Origin: Eubacteriales bacterium | Lineage (GTDB): Bacteria > Bacillota > Clostridia > Oscillospirales > CAG-272 | Direction: 5' to 3' | DNA: 64,000 nt | Assembly (NCBI GenBank): GCA_045546375.1 | Contig: JAZQCR010000128.1 | Location: 192-64,191, forward strand | Shown: piece after piece, positions 54,244-63,379 of the stretch | Layout: each line of letters opens with the position of its first letter | Numbering within the stretch: position 1 is the stretch's first letter | The notes under the pieces: generated by a model | Database searches by the model: none | Told to the model about the DNA's origin: nothing | Seen by the model: only the letters and a program-made list of their open reading frames with translations | Program-made: the position numbers and the translations under genes

Positions 54244-55248
54244 ATGAGTGAGTTTGATTTGATAGCAACGATAGGTGCCAAAATTACTAATGTTCAAGAT
54301 GTTCAGAGAATAATTGAATATGGATTTAATCATTTAAGATTTAATTTTTCTAAATATGATAAAAATCTTGAGGATAGAGTTAATATGATCCGCTGTTTGA
54401 AGGATTTATATGAGAATGACATAAAAGTATTGATTGACTTACCATATCCAGGCAAAAAAGCTAGAATATATCACAATAAGAATTACTTTGATATTATAAC
54501 TGGTCAAGAGTTGGAAATTGTCTCAGATATTGTTAGAAAAGAGAGCGAGCGATTTGTAACAGATTTGCCCTCAATCGGACGCTTTGTCCAAAAGGATACG
54601 ATTATTGTTTATTCAGATGGAGAAGCTTTATTAAGGGTAATAAAAGTAATTGATGTTAATACCATTTTGGTGAGAGCCGAATCTGATTTCTTCTTTAGAA
54701 ATGGGAAGTCGCTTAGTTTTGATTATCCTAAACGTGGTCACATGCTTGAATATAAATTTGTTGATATTATTAGAGATATACGGCCAAATGAAATTGCATT
54801 GTCCTTTGTAGAAAATTCTGAAGATATACGTTCCTTTAAAATGATTGGATCTAATTGTATGAACGGTATGACAATTTTAAGTAAAATTGAAACACAGAGC
54901 GGAATAGATCATATAGACGATATTTGCCGAAACTCCGACGTGATTATTGGTCGAGGAGATATGAGCATTAATACGGATATACATAAATTGTATCAAAACC
55001 AAAAATACATTGTAAAAAGTGCAAAAAAATGCGGACGCAATTGTTATATAGCAACTGGAATTTTGAATTCGTTGACGACTCAACACTTTCCAACACAAGC
55101 AGATATCATCGATTTGTCCGTTATTATCAATATGCGCCCTAAAGGAATCATATTAAATGCGGAGGTTGTTTGGAAAAGACCTGAAATGGTTTTAAAGACA
55201 ATAACTGAGGTAAAAGAAACGTTGGAGGCTGAGGGGATATACAATTGA
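54244..55248 (+). CDS. Pyruvate-kinase-like TIM-barrel protein lacking the PK C-terminal domain
   Basis: Colinear PK blocks: IATIGAK...GFNHLRFNFSKY (compare RLNFSHG), VLIDLPYPGKKAR (compare LDTKGPEIR), ALSFVENSEDI, ILSKIETQSGI (the KIE block), IIGRGDMSIN (compare ARGDLGVE) and QKYIVKSAKKCGRNCYIATGILNSL. The protein ends after the barrel at 334 aa. Confidence 0.65.
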   Translation: MSEFDLIATIGAKITNVQDVQRIIEYGFNHLRFNFSKYDKNLEDRVNMIRCLKDLYENDIKVLIDLPYPGKKARIYHNKNYFDIITGQELEIVSDIVRKESERFVTDLPSIGRFVQKDTIIVYSDGEALLRVIKVIDVNTILVRAESDFFFRNGKSLSFDYPKRGHMLEYKFVDIIRDIRPNEIALSFVENSEDIRSFKMIGSNCMNGMTILSKIETQSGIDHIDDICRNSDVIIGRGDMSINTDIHKLYQNQKYIVKSAKKCGRNCYIATGILNSLTTQHFPTQADIIDLSVIINMRPKGIILNAEVVWKRPEMVLKTITEVKETLEAEGIYN

Positions 55249-55315
55249 TATAATTTGATTTGTTAATGAGTGCAGGGAAGTGCCCTAAAATGTATGTTGT
55301 TGAAGGCGGGAAATT

Positions 55316-56923
55316 ATGTTGAAAAGTAATTTAAGGATTGATCGTTGCGTGGAGAGGTATTTAACTAAATTGTTTTATAGGGAACAGTATGGTGACCTCA
55401 TTTATTCGAGCAAGTTGGAGTATGTGTTTTTAGAGAATAGGAGTTTAAGTAAATATTTACATAATTTAAAAGATGTAGAGGAAGATTTTGAGTTACAAAA
55501 ATCACGCAAAGAAACTATGGATAATGTGCTAGTTTTGGCTAATACATTGCTGTGTGAAAATGGTATAACTCCCATATGTTTTAAAGGGAGTATTTTAGCT
55601 CAACTCGTATATCATAATCCTAGTGCGCGTGTTTTTAATGATGTTGATTTGGTAGTTGAACAAGAGGATTTCGAAGACACTTTAAAAATCCTAAAATTGA
55701 ATGGCTTTGAACAAGAATCTTTATACGATGCTCATCACATAAGGCTAAATAAAGATAATGTTCGTGTTGAAATACATACTTGTTTCTATCATCCTAAGAA
55801 TAATATAATTTTTGTTCCAAGAGAAGAAGATATAATTTATGAAACCATCAAAGGGTGCTCAATAAAAACACTTGATTTGACAAGCTTATTGATATGTTTA
55901 TTGTACCACCAGTATGTCCATTGCGTAAATGATTCGTTGTTTTCAGACTATAGGTTTTTGACCCATCAATATGTTTATTGCTTTGCTAGATCTTTGTTTA
56001 GGTATTATGATATTGCTTTGTTGATAAATAAATATAACCAACAAATCCGATGGGAGGATTGTTATGATGCTATAAGGCAAGCAGAGTTGAGCATTGAATT
56101 TAAAATGATGGTTCAAGAGTTTAACAGTATATTTACTGATCTATTGCCACACGAATTCATTGATCTTGTTATGCATAAAAACTATGTGCAGAATGGTGAA
56201 TACAATGTATACAATTACATATACCACAATTACTCATCTAAAGAAAGGTTATATAAAATTGATGATGCTGTAACTGATGCGTGTAATAGCATTTATACTA
56301 CACCATTAGTAATTAATTGCTACAAGAATAAATCTGTTGAACATATATTTCATATCGATGAATATTCCGGGAATATATTGAACCCTAGCGGGTCGTATTC
56401 TATTGGCGCAGTAAAACCGCAGAATAGTGATGATCTCTCATTTGATTTTAACATATGGCTATCTTCAAATATGCTAAATTTTGGTTTTTCTGTTAAGAGT
56501 GACAGGGTTTGTTCAATTCATCGGGGGGCCTTAATAGACAATCGTGATATGATTAACAGGTGTGACAATGTTGGTATTGTAATCGTGCCCGGGAATGGAC
56601 GATATAAGAAAAGTGACCTTTTTGTTCTGCTGGAAGAAACAGAAGAAGGAGTGGTTGTGCCAAGGGTATATGATGACTGGGTTGACATTACGGACAAAGT
56701 TAATGTTGGATTACAAGTAACAGCGTGTGGCTATGATTTGGATTTGAGTATACCCATAGAGTATCTTGGCATTTCATCGAAAAAAGGAGATCATTTTATC
56801 ATGGATTTATCTGTAAGCGATTGTGATGAATGCGCAAATAGAAAGTCTACTTTAGCATTATCTGTATATAAATGTGAAAGTGGGCAATTTAAGTATTATG
56901 CGAAGGTGCAAATAGCTGAATAG
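55316..56923 (+). CDS. PF14907-like 'uncharacterised nucleotidyltransferase' fused to a C-terminal beta-rich (CBM9-like?) domain
   Basis: CFKGSILAQLVYHNPSARVFNDVDLVVEQEDFEDTLKILKLNGF matches the KG...R...D(I/V)DLLV...G signature. The C-terminal ~200 aa end in GYDLDLSIPIEYLGISSKKGDHFIMDLSVSD. Confidence 0.6.
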   Translation: MLKSNLRIDRCVERYLTKLFYREQYGDLIYSSKLEYVFLENRSLSKYLHNLKDVEEDFELQKSRKETMDNVLVLANTLLCENGITPICFKGSILAQLVYHNPSARVFNDVDLVVEQEDFEDTLKILKLNGFEQESLYDAHHIRLNKDNVRVEIHTCFYHPKNNIIFVPREEDIIYETIKGCSIKTLDLTSLLICLLYHQYVHCVNDSLFSDYRFLTHQYVYCFARSLFRYYDIALLINKYNQQIRWEDCYDAIRQAELSIEFKMMVQEFNSIFTDLLPHEFIDLVMHKNYVQNGEYNVYNYIYHNYSSKERLYKIDDAVTDACNSIYTTPLVINCYKNKSVEHIFHIDEYSGNILNPSGSYSIGAVKPQNSDDLSFDFNIWLSSNMLNFGFSVKSDRVCSIHRGALIDNRDMINRCDNVGIVIVPGNGRYKKSDLFVLLEETEEGVVVPRVYDDWVDITDKVNVGLQVTACGYDLDLSIPIEYLGISSKKGDHFIMDLSVSDCDECANRKSTLALSVYKCESGQFKYYAKVQIAE

Positions 56924-57004
56924 ACAGAAAGCAGTCGATGTTAATGAGTATAACACGGATAATGATAAAGCATTGTTATTTGGCGAATTAAGAGGAAGAT
57001 AGCA

Positions 57005-58825
57005 GTGAAAGAATATAAGGACAAACCGAAGTATAACTTGTGGCAGAATACCGTGCATATATTTGGCCTTGCCTGGCGAGAGCAAAAAGCGGTAATATCC
57101 ACATGCTTTGTATCACCGGGTCTCACTACTCTTACAAGGCTCACGGATATATACATCGCCCCCGTTATACTTGCTTGCATTGAACGAGGCTATTCGCTGA
57201 TTGAGCTGTTATGGACGATATCCTTCTTTATTGGTACATCGATGCTCTTGCGCGCTTTGTACGCATTTAATAGTTCCAGAGTAGGCTTTACCAGAAAAAC
57301 GCTAGTGCAGAGGGTGAGGGTCAAGCTGATAGAAAAAATCGAGACTACTTCGTATGCTAACATAGATGATCAGACGATTCTCAATAAGATGTATGCTGCC
57401 AAGTGTGCATTGGGCGATTATGAGAAGTATTGGAGCAGGGTCAGCATGACATGCACGAATATCCTTGGCTTTTTCGCCTATCTGTGGGTGTTGCGCTCCC
57501 TTAATATTTTGCTGGTAGTCGTGACTGTGGGTACCACCCTTTTTAGTACATATATGACAAAGTGTCTGAATGACTGGCTGTATGGGCAGAATCCTGAGAT
57601 GGCGAGATATGAGCAGATTATCGGTCATGTGTTTGAGCGTTCGCAGAGTGTCGCGGCGGCGAAGGATATTCGTATCTTCGGTATGAAGGAATGGCTCATG
57701 GGTATTTACGAGCGCACTCTGCTTTTATACCATGCACTGATCGTACGGCACAACAGCAAGCATTTACTTATGAGGCTGATGGATCAGGCACTGTTTCTTT
57801 TGCGCAACGGCGTGGCGTATGCGTACCTGATCACCGTGTCATTGAACGCAGGATGGTCTGCGTCCAGCTTTGTCCTATACTTTGGGGCGATAACGGGATT
57901 TGTCAGCTGGGTCAATGGCTTTCTAGGCGGTTTCACCGAATTGCAGGCGTGCAGTAACAAGATTAGCGCCGTGAGAGAATTTATGGAGCTTGATGAGCCC
58001 TTCCGGTTTGAGGACGGTGAGCCCCTCCCACTTCCACATGATGGAAAGTGCGAGATAACCTTGCGGGGTGTATGTTACCGCTATCCGGGCGCTGCTGAGG
58101 ACACTCTGCGCGATATAGATCTGACCCTGCGCATGGGAGAAAAGATAGCTGTCGTAGGGCTTAACGGAGCAGGAAAGACTACGCTTATAAAGGTTCTTTG
58201 CGGTCTTTATGATCCCAGCGAGGGCGAGGTTCTCTTAAACGGCGTAGATATCCGAAGATATAATCGCCGTGATTATTATAACTATTTTTCTGCCGTCTTT
58301 CAGAAATTTTCTCTGCTTGAGGGCACGTTGGCAGAGAATATCGCACAGAGTGTTGCCGATATTGACCTTCCCCGTGTGGAGTGGTGCGCCCACTTGGCTG
58401 GGTTAGAGGATAAGATAGCTTCTCTGCCGAATGCCTATGATACCCACCTCGGAAAGACTGTTTACGAGGACGGGATAGAACTCTCGGGCGGCCAGACCCA
58501 GCGGCTGATGCTCGCTCGTGCATTATACAAAGATGCACCCGTACTACTCTTAGATGAGCCCACTGCGGCGCTTGACCCGATAGCGGAAAACGAGATATAT
58601 CAGCGTTATAACGATCTGGTTCAGGGGCGCTCTGCTGTATATATATCCCACCGCCTTGCCTCTACACGCTTTTGCGACCGAATAGTGTACTTAGAGAATG
58701 GTCGCATAGCAGAGTCGGGAACGCACGATGAGCTTTTAGCGGCAGGTGGTAAATATGCAGAACTGTTTGAGATACAGGCACGCTATTACAGAGATGGAGG
58801 GGAAGATGTGCAAGACAGAAAATAA
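57005..58825 (+). CDS. ABC exporter, fused permease and ATPase (half-transporter 1)
   Basis: Six-TM N-terminal half, Walker A GLNGAGKTT, signature LSGGQTQR and Walker B LLLDEPT. GTG start. Confidence 0.9.
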   Translation: MKEYKDKPKYNLWQNTVHIFGLAWREQKAVISTCFVSPGLTTLTRLTDIYIAPVILACIERGYSLIELLWTISFFIGTSMLLRALYAFNSSRVGFTRKTLVQRVRVKLIEKIETTSYANIDDQTILNKMYAAKCALGDYEKYWSRVSMTCTNILGFFAYLWVLRSLNILLVVVTVGTTLFSTYMTKCLNDWLYGQNPEMARYEQIIGHVFERSQSVAAAKDIRIFGMKEWLMGIYERTLLLYHALIVRHNSKHLLMRLMDQALFLLRNGVAYAYLITVSLNAGWSASSFVLYFGAITGFVSWVNGFLGGFTELQACSNKISAVREFMELDEPFRFEDGEPLPLPHDGKCEITLRGVCYRYPGAAEDTLRDIDLTLRMGEKIAVVGLNGAGKTTLIKVLCGLYDPSEGEVLLNGVDIRRYNRRDYYNYFSAVFQKFSLLEGTLAENIAQSVADIDLPRVEWCAHLAGLEDKIASLPNAYDTHLGKTVYEDGIELSGGQTQRLMLARALYKDAPVLLLDEPTAALDPIAENEIYQRYNDLVQGRSAVYISHRLASTRFCDRIVYLENGRIAESGTHDELLAAGGKYAELFEIQARYYRDGGEDVQDRK

Positions 58826-60674
58826 AATGAGCTTCATGAAAGCAATTTCACTTAACTTCCGTGCGGTTCGTATGTGGTATAGCGCCTGTCCGATGTTGGC
58901 TTTTTCCGACATTGTCGGAACTGTGCTTGGCGCTGTTTCTCCGAGCATCACCATCTGGCTGTCCGCGCGTATCGTGGACGAGCTGGCAGGAGAGCGAGAT
59001 CCCGATCGGCTGTTGATGCTTGTCCTGCTTACTCTTGGCAGTCACCTTTTGGTCACGCTCTTTACCATTGGCCTTGAGCGTTTTACTTGTTATTTTGCTA
59101 CGGCCATGGGCTTTTATCGTGAGAAGCTTTATGCCGGTAAATTACTGGCTATGGATTTTTGCCGTATGGATGATCAGAGGACTCATGATTTGTATACGCA
59201 GGTGAAGCAGCACGATGAATGGGGCTACTCCATAGAGAGCGCGGTGAGTCATTTCAGCGGTTTACTTCGTTCTTTTTCGGGGATAGGCGGAGTTATCGCG
59301 CTTTGCTTCAGTATGTTCACTTCTCGTGTACCTAATAGCGCAGGCGCGCTAACCGTACTTAACAACTCATTTTTCGTTCTTGGGATAGGAGCGGTTATGT
59401 TTGCGGTAACGTCACTGGCGCCAAGGTTTGAGAACAAGGGTCGAGCGTATTGGAATCGGTATGCAGAGGAAGCGAGGCTTGAAAATAATCTTAACCGTTT
59501 TTACGGTGATACCTTTCCCCACGACCGCTCCCGTGCGGCAGACATCCGCCTATACCATCAGGACAGAGTGAGCGGATACTATGTCGAGCGTAGCGATGTT
59601 TATACCGCCACCTCAAAGATGGCCACATATGCGCGCGGCCCCATTACTTTTTACAGGATACTGTCGGTCGTCTTTTCTTACTGTTTTATAGGCATCACGT
59701 ATTTTATCGTTTGCCTGAAGGCATGGGCAGGAGCATTTGGTGTAGGTCATGTTACTCAATATATAGGTGCTCTTACAGGACTTTCTCGCTGTATTACGGA
59801 ATTTATTGGTTCTATAGGTCAGATGCGTAATCTCGCACCTTTTCTCGAAACATTTTTTGAGTTCAAGGCTATACCGAATTCTATGAAGCAGGGGAGCAGG
59901 GAGATCGTGAAGGACGAGAATGATTATGAGATAGAGTTCCGTGACGTTTCCTTCAAGTATCCGGGTAGTGATATATGGGCTCTGCGCCATGTTAATATCC
60001 GATTCAGTTCGGGGCAGAGGCTGGCTGTGGTGGGCAAGAACGGAAGCGGAAAGACCACCTTCATAAAGCTCCTTTGCCGTATGTACGATCCCACAGAGGG
60101 CGTGATATTTTTAAACGGCACAGATATCCGTGAATATGACTACGAAGAGTATCTGTCTGTCTTCTCGGTGGTATTTCAAGATTTCAAACTGTTCTCCTTG
60201 CCTTTGGGTGAAAATGTGGCGGCGTGCTCTGATTATGACCGAGACAAGGTGGAGCGACTGCTCAGGCAAGCGGGCTTCGGCGAGAGGCTGACCTCTATGC
60301 CCGACGGGATAGACACGTACCTCTATAAGGATCTGTCGGAAACCGGTGTGGAGATATCAGGCGGAGAAGCGCAGAAGATTGCTCTGGCTAGGGCACTCTA
60401 CAAGGACGCGCCCTTTATCATCCTGGACGAGCCTACCGCCGCACTTGATCCTGTAGCTGAGCACGAGATATACTCTTGCTTCAACGAGCTGGTGGAGACT
60501 AGGACTGCTATTTATATCAGCCATCGCTTATCCTCCTGCCGTTTCTGCGATACTATTGCCGTTTTTGCGGATGGTAGGATAGTCGGGGAGGGAAGTCACG
60601 AGATTTTGCTCTCTAATGAAGAGGGAGAATACTACAAGCTCTGGTACGCTCAGGCACAATATTATGCTTCTTAA
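58806..60674 (+). CDS. ABC exporter, fused permease and ATPase (half-transporter 2)
   Basis: Walker A GKNGSGKTT, signature ISGGEAQK and Walker B IILDEPT. The ATG at 58806 is preferred because it follows GGAGGGG; the ORF-track start at 58746 lies deep inside the upstream gene. Confidence 0.9.
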   Translation: MCKTENKMSFMKAISLNFRAVRMWYSACPMLAFSDIVGTVLGAVSPSITIWLSARIVDELAGERDPDRLLMLVLLTLGSHLLVTLFTIGLERFTCYFATAMGFYREKLYAGKLLAMDFCRMDDQRTHDLYTQVKQHDEWGYSIESAVSHFSGLLRSFSGIGGVIALCFSMFTSRVPNSAGALTVLNNSFFVLGIGAVMFAVTSLAPRFENKGRAYWNRYAEEARLENNLNRFYGDTFPHDRSRAADIRLYHQDRVSGYYVERSDVYTATSKMATYARGPITFYRILSVVFSYCFIGITYFIVCLKAWAGAFGVGHVTQYIGALTGLSRCITEFIGSIGQMRNLAPFLETFFEFKAIPNSMKQGSREIVKDENDYEIEFRDVSFKYPGSDIWALRHVNIRFSSGQRLAVVGKNGSGKTTFIKLLCRMYDPTEGVIFLNGTDIREYDYEEYLSVFSVVFQDFKLFSLPLGENVAACSDYDRDKVERLLRQAGFGERLTSMPDGIDTYLYKDLSETGVEISGGEAQKIALARALYKDAPFIILDEPTAALDPVAEHEIYSCFNELVETRTAIYISHRLSSCRFCDTIAVFADGRIVGEGSHEILLSNEEGEYYKLWYAQAQYYAS

Positions 60675-60744
60675 AATAAAAATTGTTTTTGACTAATAAC
60701 AGTAGTTGATTATGTGGAATGACTCTCTATTCATCAAATTAACG

Positions 60745-60772
60745 CGCCAACACCAATATGATGGTGTTGGCG
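60745..60772 (+). terminator. Hairpin after the ABC genes
   Basis: CGCCAACACC (60745-60754) pairs with GGTGTTGGCG (60763-60772). The T-tract is weak. Confidence 0.45.
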
Positions 60773-60822
60773 ACCAATATTTCTCTATTGATTAACAAGA
60801 ATTACATTATATAATAGTTTTG

Positions 60823-60863
60823 TTAAGGTTCATTGCAAGTACTGGCATTGCAATGAACCTTAA
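60823..60863. promoter_or_regulatory. Perfect 15-bp inverted repeat upstream of the WYL regulator gene
   Basis: TTAAGGTTCATTGCA (60823-60837) pairs with TGCAATGAACCTTAA (60849-60863). It may be an operator or a terminator. Confidence 0.4.
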
Positions 60864-60942
60864 AATATATAATTAATCGAAACATGAACTGTGCAGTAAC
60901 TTAGCTAACAGGGAAAAGAGCTGATTCATATAGGGGGAAATA

Positions 60943-61899
60943 ATGTCAAAACAAAATCGCGCGTTGCTAGTTTTAAAATATATTTGGGAGAATAGTGATG
61001 TAGAACATCCAGTCACGGCCAAAAGTATTATTTGTTACCTGAACAGCCAGGGAATAACTGCCACGGCCAAAACTATAAGAGGAGATGTAGATCAATTAAT
61101 TGAATTTGGTATAGATATCGAGATAATTCACAGCACTCAAAATAGATATTTCCTATATGAAAGATGCTTCGAATTAGCTGAGATTAAATTGCTTATTGAT
61201 GCAGCTCAATCTGCTAGGTTTATTACACCTACAAAAAGTAAAGGCTTGATAAATAAACTATCTAAGTTTGCGAGTGTTCATCAGAAAAGCGAGTTAAATC
61301 GCCAATTGTATGTAGATAAACATATTAAATCACAAAGCAATAGCGGTTATTATTCTGTAGAGCCAATACATACAGCTATACAAAACAAGAAAAAAGTATC
61401 TTTTAAGTATTTGGAATATATGCCTGACAAGACAATGAAAGAAAAGCATAGTGGTAGGATATATTTCTTATCGCCATATTCCCTTATTTGGAATGAAGAT
61501 AGTTACTATGTCATAGGTTTTTCTGATTCACATGATCGAATAGCAAAATTCCGCGTGGATCGCATGAAAGATCTTGATGCTTTAGATGAGCCGGCTCATA
61601 AAAAACCAAGAGATTATTCTGTTGCAAACTATTTTTCGCGGGTTTTTTCAATGTATGATGGTCCAGAATATGAAGTGAAAATACTCTGTGAAAATGAAAC
61701 TATGAAGTATATCATTGATAGATTCGGTGAAAATGTAACGACTTCGATTGTTGACGGCAAGCACTTTATGGCTACCGTTGTGGTATGTCTTAGTCCTGCA
61801 TTTTACGGATGGATATTTTCTTTTGGTGGCAAGTTGAAAATTGTAGGGCCGGAAAATGTATTGAAGGAATTTGTAAATATATTACAGGCTTTTTATTGA
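60943..61899 (+). CDS. WYL-domain transcriptional regulator (YafY-like: wHTH, WYL and a C-terminal extension)
   Basis: The N-terminal wHTH reads LLVLKYIWENSDVEHPVTAKSIICYLNSQGITATAKTIRGDVDQLIEFG. The WYL core reads VSFKYLEY...RIYFLSPYSLIWNEDSYYVIGFSDSHDRIAKFRVDRM. Confidence 0.8.
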   Translation: MSKQNRALLVLKYIWENSDVEHPVTAKSIICYLNSQGITATAKTIRGDVDQLIEFGIDIEIIHSTQNRYFLYERCFELAEIKLLIDAAQSARFITPTKSKGLINKLSKFASVHQKSELNRQLYVDKHIKSQSNSGYYSVEPIHTAIQNKKKVSFKYLEYMPDKTMKEKHSGRIYFLSPYSLIWNEDSYYVIGFSDSHDRIAKFRVDRMKDLDALDEPAHKKPRDYSVANYFSRVFSMYDGPEYEVKILCENETMKYIIDRFGENVTTSIVDGKHFMATVVVCLSPAFYGWIFSFGGKLKIVGPENVLKEFVNILQAFY

Positions 61900-62235
61900 A
61901 TTGCTTGTATTTATATATAACTGTTGAAAAGCTATGATTCAGTCATTGTATCATGGCTTTTATATTTAATGGAAAAGAATGGCGGTAAAACTAATCTGGT
62001 AAGTTGCTTTGAAAAAACTAAATTGAAAACGTGATATTAAACTTAGGTTTTTTGTGGTGACCTTAGGAATAAAATAGTGCGCAAAGCAGCATTTATTGGG
62101 ACTATTTAGTTAACTGCGTTTTCTCAAGTTTGATCCTCTTAATGAGAGGTAATCGTTATTAATTCATTATTCCTTTGTCATTGTTTATGGAAATATCTAA
62201 CATACTTAATAATTGCTTTGTTAGCAATATGGTTA

Positions 62236-62267
62236 CCAAATACCCCCGAAAAACAACAAATTATCCC
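62236..62267 (+). promoter_or_regulatory. Phased direct repeat (candidate LytTR site) inside the ORF-free region, site 1
   Basis: CCAAATACCCC (62236-62246) and CAAATTATCCC (62257-62267). TATATT at 62295-62300 lies 27 nt downstream. Confidence 0.45.
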
Positions 62268-62637
62268 AACATTCGTTTTTTGGTTTTATTACGGTATATT
62301 GTATGTAGTAAACAATATGTATTCTGTCGAAATGGGGCCTAGTTTTGATATATTGTGCATGAATTGAATAATCATTTATAAGTATAACTATCTGTGATTA
62401 TAGTTGACGAGTGGCGGTTATGCTTTTTGAACATGTTGGACAAATGTTTTTTGGATATTTTATGTGAAATTCTTTCGCCAGTTTGAATTTTGAATGATTT
62501 TGGTGTTTACCAAGAAATTCGTACAACATAGATATTAGATTTAGAATTAATGTAGTTCACGGCGAAATGCAGTTTTGATACTAACTGATTAATTGGTTTT
62601 TTAATGGCATATATTCATGAAAGTATTATTGTCTTGA

Positions 62638-62669
62638 CTAGATACACCTAAAATCATACCAAATACACC
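62638..62669 (+). promoter_or_regulatory. Phased direct repeat (candidate LytTR site) inside the ORF-free region, site 2
   Basis: CTAGATACACC (62638-62648) and CCAAATACACC (62659-62669). TAAAAT at 62698-62703 lies 28 nt downstream, and there is also a TATAAT at 62679-62684. Confidence 0.45.
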
Positions 62670-63028
62670 ATAATTGGTTATAATTAATAAATAATGGTAA
62701 AATTATCACAAAGAAATGATTGTAAGATCAAATTTAATATGTAATTCATTTGCAACTTAACCGTAAATGCTGTTTATCGATAGTTGAAGTATAGTGATAT
62801 GAAAATTATATTGTGGTTGGATTTAACTTTAAAACTATAGCAGGAAACAATTTTGGAAAATACAAAAGCATAAAAGCGATATGTACATATTCATGAAATT
62901 GACTACAAATGCGCCTGGCTTTTAAGGTAGGGGCGCTCATTCTAAAGGATGTTAGGTTGATCGGCTTTATTCAATCTGGTTAATAATCGCAAGTATAGTT
63001 GTTCTAAAAGAAAAGGGAGAAAAAGAAA

Positions 63029-63379
63029 ATGCGAAAACAAACTTTATTATTAGAAGAGTTGTGTAAAACGTCAGACTTAGAGAAGATCCAAGTTTACATA
63101 AATAAAATTATGAGTATTAGGGGCTTCAACTCGCAAAGCCCTCAAGATAAGATGCTGTTATTAGTTGAGGAGGTAGGAGAACTTGCGAAAGCTCTTCGAA
63201 AGGTTGAGGCAGGGTTGCCTATTGACTATAACAGAATATGCAATTATGATACGGTAGAGAGCGAAATAGCGGATATATTTATTGTATTGCTGTCACTTTG
63301 TGACGTATTGGGTATTGATTTATTTAATGCATTTATCGAAAAGGAACGTGAAAATGGTACTCGAAAATGGGCACATTGA
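63029..63379 (+). CDS. MazG-like all-alpha nucleoside triphosphate pyrophosphohydrolase
   Basis: LLLVEEVGELAKALRK (the EExxE motif) and VESEIADIFIVLLSLCDVLGIDL (the ExxD motif). The RBS AAAGGGAGA lies upstream. Confidence 0.75.
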   Translation: MRKQTLLLEELCKTSDLEKIQVYINKIMSIRGFNSQSPQDKMLLLVEEVGELAKALRKVEAGLPIDYNRICNYDTVESEIADIFIVLLSLCDVLGIDLFNAFIEKERENGTRKWAH

